Below, piece after piece: positions 1-6,700 of a DNA stretch of 15,117 nucleotides. Source of the stretch: a bacterium (GTDB taxonomy: Bacteria > SZUA-182 > DTGQ01). Under the pieces are notes generated by a model, which was not told the DNA's origin, made no database searches, and saw nothing but the letters and a program-made list of their open reading frames with translations. Location: NCBI GenBank assembly GCA_040752695.1, contig JBFMGO010000132.1, forward strand, positions 1 to 15,117, given 5' to 3'. Both the position numbers and the translations under genes were made by a program. The stretch's first letter is position 1, and every line of letters starts with the position of its first letter.

Positions 1-92
1 AATCGGGTACCGCATATGAGCCAAGATCCTTACTATAGTCAAAAATCTTTTTTGATGAGTCTATTTCTTTCCTGAAAGAGAGGGAGAAGAGA

Positions 93-914
93 ATGAAAGA
101 TGCAACGAAAATCAGGTTTTCCAGAAACAGAAGAACTGTCAGCGCCTACATGAAGGTAGCACACAGCATACCCTTTACTCATATGACAACCGAAATACGG
201 GTGCCCGGCCTGAAAGCTCTCTGTAAGAAGTACGATGTTACCTACACCATAGCAATCATGAAGGTTATCGCAGCGGCAAGGGAGAAATACCCGGTCATGA
301 GCAGTATCCTTGGCAGGGACCTTACTTTGAGAAAGCAGCTCTATCTTTGCGATCATGTAGACATGGCCCTGGCCATCGAAAAGCAGGAAGAAGATGAATT
401 TTTTGCAACCTTCGCCGTTATTAAAGATGTTCATAATAAAACGCTGGAAGAGATAAGCACCGAAGTAAAAAGCCTGAAGGACTTGCCAAGGAGCAAGATG
501 CCGTTCGGGCTGATATTTTTGATGCTCAATTACATCCCTGACGTGGTGAAGCTTTTGATTTTCAGGATATTGCTCGAGATTCCTCCTCTTTATAAATGCT
601 TTTTCGGCACGGTTGGTCTCAGCACGTTGGGAAAATACGGGCTGACAAGTTTTGATACTCTCTTTGTCAATACCTTTGGCTATGCCGTCAGCAAAATTGA
701 AGAGAAGCAGATAATCGAGAATGGGAAAGCCCAGGTGGAGCCGGTCCTTTACCTGACCCAGACTTCTAATCACTGTGTTGCCGATGGTGCATTGGCAGCA
801 CGGGTTCTGGCAGAGATTAAACGGATTTTGGAGTCAGGGGAATATATTTCAATCTGCGAGCCGGTAACTCATTCTCTTCAAAATTATAGTCGCAAGATGG
901 CCTGCAATAATTAA
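93..914 (+). CDS. Stand-alone 2-oxoacid dehydrogenase E2-like acyltransferase catalytic domain (no lipoyl or E3-binding domain), 273 aa
   Basis: Purine-rich RBS (GAGGGAGAAG) before the ATG. E2-core-like segments: RNRRTVSAYM...IP, 'IMKVIAAAREKYP', 'IKDVHNKTLEEIS', 'GTVGLSTLG', and C-terminal 'LTQTSNHCVADGALAARVLAEIKRILE', matching the HxxxDG catalytic motif (canonical DHRxxDG); His227 at 771-773. Confidence 0.8.
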   Translation: MKDATKIRFSRNRRTVSAYMKVAHSIPFTHMTTEIRVPGLKALCKKYDVTYTIAIMKVIAAAREKYPVMSSILGRDLTLRKQLYLCDHVDMALAIEKQEEDEFFATFAVIKDVHNKTLEEISTEVKSLKDLPRSKMPFGLIFLMLNYIPDVVKLLIFRILLEIPPLYKCFFGTVGLSTLGKYGLTSFDTLFVNTFGYAVSKIEEKQIIENGKAQVEPVLYLTQTSNHCVADGALAARVLAEIKRILESGEYISICEPVTHSLQNYSRKMACNN

Positions 915-1008
915 ACTTTCCATAGACCTGTCCAAAGAAAGAGCAACGGCAATGTGACGATAAAAAGGGTGGGCTGTCATGGGGAAGGAATGTATGTTCG
1001 TTCAGGTA

Positions 1009-1032
1009 CCCTCCTTTTTTCTAAAAGGGGGG
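1009..1032. repeat. Short imperfect inverted repeat (CCCTCCTTTT-ttct-AAAAGGGGGG)
   Basis: 10-bp arms with one T:G mismatch, about 95 nt downstream of the E2-like gene stop. Could be a weak terminator or a dispersed palindromic repeat. Confidence 0.4.
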
Positions 1033-1086
1033 ATTTGTATGAGCTTATCCCAATATACTTCCTCTCCCCTTTTCTCATGAGATCCA

Positions 1087-1115
1087 TTGATCATCGGCTT
1101 TTTCCATTATATAAT
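1087..1115 (+). promoter_or_regulatory. Putative sigma70 promoter for the AT-ER / carboxylase operon
   Basis: TTGATC (1087-1092), 17-bp spacer, perfect TATAAT (1110-1115). Predicted TSS near 1122. Confidence 0.6.
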
Positions 1116-1167
1116 ACTTAAATAATACACCAATAAGTGTCCTTTATAGGGAAAGGCTCAACCGGAC

Positions 1168-1214
1168 GGGTAATTCCCGCGGCCTGTAATGAATACAGGC
1201 CGCGGGAATTACCC
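1168..1214. repeat. Perfect 21-bp GC-rich inverted repeat (hairpin) in the putative 5' leader
   Basis: GGGTAATTCCCGCGGCCTGTA (1168-1188), loop ATGAA (1189-1193), TACAGGCCGCGGGAATTACCC (1194-1214). Extends imperfectly with GAC/GTC and TCAAC (1158-1162)/GTTGA (1226-1230). No U-tract follows. Confidence 0.9.
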
Positions 1215-1318
1215 CGTCAGTGTCAGTTGATTCTATCTGGTCGCATATTTACTGCGGCTCATACTGAAAATAACTATCCATCAGGTAATTTCTATTGCTT
1301 TGGGAGGGAAAGGGATAC

Positions 1319-3673
1319 ATGGCAAAGGCGTTTGTTTTTCCAGGGCAAGGATCGCAGAAAAAGGGAATGGGCGGAGAGCTTTTCGATCTTTTTCCGGAAT
1401 TGACGGAAAGAGCGGATAAAATCCTGGGTTATTCCGTGAAAGAGCTTTGTCTGGAAGATAGCCAGAATGTCCTCAATTTAACTCAATATACTCAGCCGGC
1501 ACTTTATACCGTTAATGCACTCATGTATTACCGAGAGATCAGAGAGACTGGCCAAAAGCCGGATTATGTGGCGGGGCATAGCATGGGGGAATATAATGCC
1601 CTCCTGGCAGGTGGAGCATTCGACTTTGAAACCGGTTTGGAGCTGATTCAAGTAAGATCCAAGCTGATGGCGAAAGCCGCAGGCGGTGGCATGGCCGCGG
1701 TAATCGGACTGGATGAAGAAAAGATTAAGGGAATCTTAGGTGATAGTGGCCTGGAAAGTATCGATGTGGCCAATTTCAATTCTCCATCTCAGACGATACT
1801 ATCGGGATTGAAAGCGGACATCGATCGGGCCGAAAAAGCTTTTAAGGAAGCAGGTGCCCGGTATATTCCCTTAAAGGTGAGCGGTGCTTTTCATTCACGG
1901 TATATGGAACCGGCCAGAAAAGAATTTGTGCGGGTCTTAGAGCTTTTTAAATTTTCGGATCTTGCCATACCGGTAATATCGAATGTCGAGGCACGGCCCT
2001 ATACGAAAGAAAAAATCAAGCGGCTCCTGGCTGACCAGATCAATCACTCCGTCAAATGGACCGAAAGTATTCGCTACCTCATGGGAAAAGGAGTAACGGA
2101 ATTCAAAGAGATCGGCCCTGGTACGGTATTGACGGGATTAGTCGCTCAAATCCAAAAAGGATCAAAGCCTCTCATCATGAGGGATAAGGCTACCCCTCCA
2201 GCAGGTACAGGAGAAACGCGGCCAAACCGGGAGACGACGGGGGCACAGGGAAAAGCCGCAACGACAGCAACGACAGCAACAATAGCAACAAGAGCAAAAA
2301 CTGCACCCGCCACACCCGCCATAACGGCTTCATCCCTGGGCAGTAAGGAATTCAAAGAAGAATACCGCATAAAATATGCCTATGTGGCAGGAGGGATGTT
2401 TAAAGGTGTTGCTTCCAAAGAACTGGTAGTGAAAATGGGCAAGGCGGGACTCATTGGTTATTTAGGCACAGGAGGTGTGTCTCTTGATCGGGTTGAGGAA
2501 TCGATTCGGTACATCCAGAAAGAACTTCGCAGTGGCGAAGCTTACGGCATGAATCTTTTATGCAATCTGCAAGAGCCCCAACAAGAGGATAAAACCGTGG
2601 ATCTGTTCCTTGCCTATGGGATTCGGAACATCGAAGCCGCAGCTTACATGCAATTGACGCCCAGCTTAGTGCGTTTCCGGTTGAAGGGGATACATCGCAA
2701 GGCTCATGGGGAAATCATTGCCCCCCATAAGATCATGGCCAAACTATCCCGCCCGGAAGTAGCCGATTTCTTTATGAGCCCTCCGCCCGAGAGGATCATC
2801 CGGAAATTAGCGGGAGAAGGAAAATTGTCCCATGAGGAAGCTGCGTTAGGGAAAGAAATACCCATGGCTGACGATGTCGTTGTTGAGGCGGATTCCGGCG
2901 GGCACACCGATCAGGGGGTGTCCTCTGCCCTCATGCCTGCCATAATGGCTTTAAGAAATGAAAAGATGAAACAGTACGGCTACAGGAAAAGAATCAGGAT
3001 CGGGGCTGCGGGGGGCATTGGAACGCCGGAAGCCGCTGCGGCAGCCTTTATCATGGGAGCGGATTTCATCCTCACCGGCTCGATCAATCAATGTACCGTA
3101 GAGGCAGGCACGAGCGATGCGGTAAAAAATATGCTCCAGGATATCAATGTACAAGATACGGACTATGCACCGGCAGGCGATATGTTTGAACTGGGTGCAA
3201 AGGTTCAAGTCCTCAAAAAAGGCGTTTTTTTTCCAGGCAGGGCGAATAAATTGTACGACCTTTATATTCATCATAATTCCCTGGATGAAATCGACGAGAA
3301 AACAAAGAAGCAGATCCAGGAGAAATATTTCAGGCGAAGCTTCGAGGAAATATGGGAAGAAACAAAAGCCTATTGGCTCAAGCGAAATCCGGCCGAGATC
3401 GAAAAAGCACACTCAAGCCCCAAACATAAAATGTCTTTGATTTTCCGCTGGTATTTCGGGTACTCGACCTGGCTGGCCTTGACCGGAAACGAAGAGCACA
3501 GGGTCGATTATCAGGTCCACTGCGGACCGGCGCTGGGCGCTTTTAACCAGTGGGTCAAGGGGACGGAGCTTGCAAACTGGCGAAACCGCCACGTCGATGT
3601 GATTGCCGAAAAGGTAATGCAAGAGACAGCCGCTTTACTGAACGAGCGGTTTCAAGCGCTCCAGCAGGGATAA
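1319..3673 (+). CDS. pksE: Trans-acting malonyl-CoA:ACP acyltransferase fused to a PfaD/FabK-type flavin enoyl reductase (PksE/BaeE/DfnA-like), 784 aa
   Basis: Start moved from TTG 1295 to ATG 1319, which follows GGGAGGGAAAGGG. AT motifs: FVFPGQGSQ, TQPALY, GHSMG (Ser88), Arg113 25 residues after the Ser, GAFHS (malonyl-type), 'EIGPG'. ER motifs: 'LGSKEFKEEY..KYAYVAGGM', 'VEADSGGHTD', 'AAGGIGTP', 'TGSINQCTVEAG', 'APAGDMFELGAKVQVLK', 'DYQVHCGPALGAFNQW'. Confidence 0.92.
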   Translation: MAKAFVFPGQGSQKKGMGGELFDLFPELTERADKILGYSVKELCLEDSQNVLNLTQYTQPALYTVNALMYYREIRETGQKPDYVAGHSMGEYNALLAGGAFDFETGLELIQVRSKLMAKAAGGGMAAVIGLDEEKIKGILGDSGLESIDVANFNSPSQTILSGLKADIDRAEKAFKEAGARYIPLKVSGAFHSRYMEPARKEFVRVLELFKFSDLAIPVISNVEARPYTKEKIKRLLADQINHSVKWTESIRYLMGKGVTEFKEIGPGTVLTGLVAQIQKGSKPLIMRDKATPPAGTGETRPNRETTGAQGKAATTATTATIATRAKTAPATPAITASSLGSKEFKEEYRIKYAYVAGGMFKGVASKELVVKMGKAGLIGYLGTGGVSLDRVEESIRYIQKELRSGEAYGMNLLCNLQEPQQEDKTVDLFLAYGIRNIEAAAYMQLTPSLVRFRLKGIHRKAHGEIIAPHKIMAKLSRPEVADFFMSPPPERIIRKLAGEGKLSHEEAALGKEIPMADDVVVEADSGGHTDQGVSSALMPAIMALRNEKMKQYGYRKRIRIGAAGGIGTPEAAAAAFIMGADFILTGSINQCTVEAGTSDAVKNMLQDINVQDTDYAPAGDMFELGAKVQVLKKGVFFPGRANKLYDLYIHHNSLDEIDEKTKKQIQEKYFRRSFEEIWEETKAYWLKRNPAEIEKAHSSPKHKMSLIFRWYFGYSTWLALTGNEEHRVDYQVHCGPALGAFNQWVKGTELANWRNRHVDVIAEKVMQETAALLNERFQALQQG
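2258..2302 (+). repeat. 9-bp in-frame tandem repeat (5 degenerate copies) in the AT-ER linker
   Basis: GCAACGACA GCAACGACA GCAACAATA GCAACAAGA GCAAAAACT, encoding ATT-ATT-ATI-ATR-AKT. Confidence 0.85.
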
Positions 3674-3758
3674 TGATAAAAGATTATAAGAATTGAACAA
3701 TACATTCAATCGCTTCGATAAATAATATATAAAAGGAAAAAGCGAGGGGAAGGAGCCT

Positions 3759-6700
3759 ATGGAGAGGACAGAGCAGGAGAGGCCAATACTTGATGGCGCT
3801 TCACGGATAGGAATTATCAATAGAGGCGAGGCAGCTATTCGCTTTATTCGGGCAGTCAGAGAGTATAATGCCCTTCATCAGACGGCTCTTACTGCCGTTG
3901 CGTTTTACCTCGACATTGAGCAGGAAGCACCCTTCGTGAAAGAGGCTGACGAGGCGTGTCCATTATCGAAACTGACGGGCTTTGCCAGGGTCAAGGGATC
4001 TGCCTACCTCAACAAAGAGCTTATGCTGGAAGCTCTTTTATCCGCACAGTGTCAGGCGGTCTGGGTAGGGTGGGGATTTTTATCCGAAGATGCCGCCTTT
4101 GCCAGGATGGTCGAAGATTCGGGTCTTGTTTTCATCGGCCCTTCCTCCGAATCCATGGCCCTTTTAGGGAATAAAATATCAGCCAAGGAATTGGCGCAGC
4201 GTGCCCGCGTTCCCATCCTGCCCTGGAGCGAAGGCCCTGTCGCTGGTGTGGAGGAAGCCCGCAGGGTTGCCGACAGGATCGGCTATCCGCTCATTGTCAA
4301 AGCAGCCAATGCGGGAGGCGGTCGCGGCATCCGTTTTATCAGAAAACCTGAAGAATTAGCTGCTCAATACCAGGCAGCCAGAGAGGAATCACTTCGCACG
4401 GCCGGCAACGACATCGTATTTATCGAGCATCAGGTAGTAACGGGGCGTCATCTCGAGGTACAGGTGCTGGCCGACCGCTATGGACAGGTACAGACCTTCG
4501 GTGTCCGCGACTGCTCGGTGCAGCGGAGGAATCAGAAGATTATCGAAGAGACGCCGCCGCCACATTTTGATCGGCAAATGATTGAAGATATGGAACAGGC
4601 CGCTGCCCGTCTTATCGTCGAAGCAGGATACGAAAGTGCCGGTACCGTAGAATTTCTGTACGATGAAGATCAATCTCAATTCTATTTCATGGAAGTGAAT
4701 ACCAGGCTTCAGGTGGAACATCCTATTACCGAGCAGCTCTACAACGTCGATCTGGTCAAAGGGCAGTTACGGGTCGCAAGTGGTCAAAGATTACCGGAAT
4801 TGACGGAAAAAGAGGAAGATATTTACACTCCAAGAGGTTGCGCTATCGAAGTGCGCCTGAATGCGGAAGATCCTGACCGGGAGTTCATTCCTGCTCCCGG
4901 CAGGATCGTTCTGTTTAAAGCTCCATCCGGTCCTGGAATCCGGGTGGATTCCGGCATAGAGCAGGGCAGCGCTATCCCTTCGGAATTTGACTCCATGATC
5001 GCTAAAATAATCGCTTATGCACCCTGCCGGAGCGAAGCCCTGGCACGTCTGGAACGTGCTCTTCGGGAGATGCACATAAAAATCGAGGGAGGAACAACCA
5101 ACCGGGCCTTTCTGCTAGGGCTTTTACAGTGCCACGGAATCCGTCAGGGCGGCGTTCATACGCGCTTTGTCGAAGACCTTATCAAGGGAAAGGATCAATT
5201 GCCAGAGGGTCAGGGGCAGGATCATCAAAAACAGATTATCAAGCGCAACACCTGGAATATCGCTCTTTTAGCCTGCGCTATTGAACAGGCTATTTCACGA
5301 TATCAGGAAGAGCTTATTCATTTCAGGCAGCAATGGAACAGCATCGGCCAGCCCAGGGATATACCTTTGTCTTGCGGCTATGAAGTGACGCTGCAACTAC
5401 AAGGGCATACCTATGTATTTCAGGTCAAGGCACTCGGCGGGAATATCTTTCATCTGAAAATCGACGGGCAGCTTCTGGCAGTTCACTATAGTAAACGAAA
5501 TCATGAAGCAATCATGCACTGTGGCAATAAACGGTATGCCATTCAAATGGTCAGCCGTGATGACGTTCTGCAATGTGAGATAGATGGGATCCCTTATTAT
5601 GTCGGAATAGAATCGAACGACCAGATTAAGGCTCCCTTTCCGGCAGTGGTAATTTCCATTGCCGCTGCACCTGGCCAGGCTGTACAAAAAGGCGACGTGT
5701 TATTGCAGCTTGAAGCCATGAAAATGCTCATGAGTATCGAGGCTCCTAAGAGCGGCAAAGTAAAAACAATCTCAGTCAGGGAAGGGGAGCAGGTGTATTC
5801 AGGACAGGCCCTGGTACAGATGGATACGGGGGAGCAATCCGAATCTGAAGAAGAATCAGGCCAACCGCGAGTATCTTTCGATCTCCAAGAAATACATGAC
5901 ACCGCGCGTAAATGGCAGATCCTGGAGCGGGAGTTTCTGGCTGTTTTCTTCGGGTTCGATTACGATGAGGAAGAGGAAACCGCAGCGGCGATTTTTGAGA
6001 AACTCATTGAGTTTGTCAGGGAGAATCCTCAACTTCAGAAGCAAATCATCACCTGTTTCTTATCTGCTTTGGAAGCGTATGCAGCAATTGAGATCCTCTT
6101 TTCCCATAAGAGAATCGAGTCCGAAGGCTTTGCCGGTGCAGCGAGCTATCAGGAATTGCTCATGCACTTTTTTATACGCAACGAGTGTCAAAAGGAAGGA
6201 TTGCCTCAGGAATTTCTGGATAGTCTTGAGCGTGCTCTGGTGTGGTATCCGCAGGGAGGGCAGAGCGAAAAAGAAAGGTTCGATCAGGCGCTGTTTCGGA
6301 TTTACAAGTCACACGCTCACCTTGCGACCAAACAAAATTTACTTCGCTCTATGTTGTGTTCCATGAAGGAGTTTCCCGACATCAGGATATTCAGCCAGAG
6401 AGTGTCCGACCTGCTCGATGAAATCGCCCTGATCTCCCAGAACCAGTTACCCGTCCTGGCTGATGCAGCGATCCAGGCACGGTATCACCTGATTGACCGT
6501 ATGTTTCTGGAAACCATAAAGGAGGAGCGAAAAGGGCAACTCGAAAGATTGGTTGAATTAACGGTGCGTGGAGATGGGAATGGAGATGAGGATAAAAAGG
6601 AGCGGTCCGGATTAATGGACCGTATCGCTAATACCGGCCATTACATGGTGTTCGAACTGCTCTTTCTGGCTCTTGATCCGGTCAGAGAGAAACGGGCGCT

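Noticed and set aside
39..55. TCAAAAA-tct-TTTTTGA palindrome upstream of the first gene
   Set aside because: Short and AT-rich; it could be an operator but cannot be distinguished from chance.
39..773. 244-aa minus-strand ORF
   Set aside because: Antisense shadow of the E2-like gene with no recognisable motifs.
1295..1318. TTG start for the AT-ER ORF
   Set aside because: This segment contains the RBS; AT homologs begin just before the FVFPGQG motif, so ATG 1319 is preferred.
1137..1403. 88-aa ORF across the leader
   Set aside because: GTG start without an RBS, runs through the hairpin and overlaps pksE out of frame; not protein-like.
1319..3673. Interpretation as a Pfa PUFA-synthase locus or as housekeeping fabD/fabK
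   Set aside because: No pfaA/B/C or fab genes are nearby, and the AT-ER fusion plus a PksD-like hydrolase fits trans-AT PKS better, though this cannot be fully excluded from this window.
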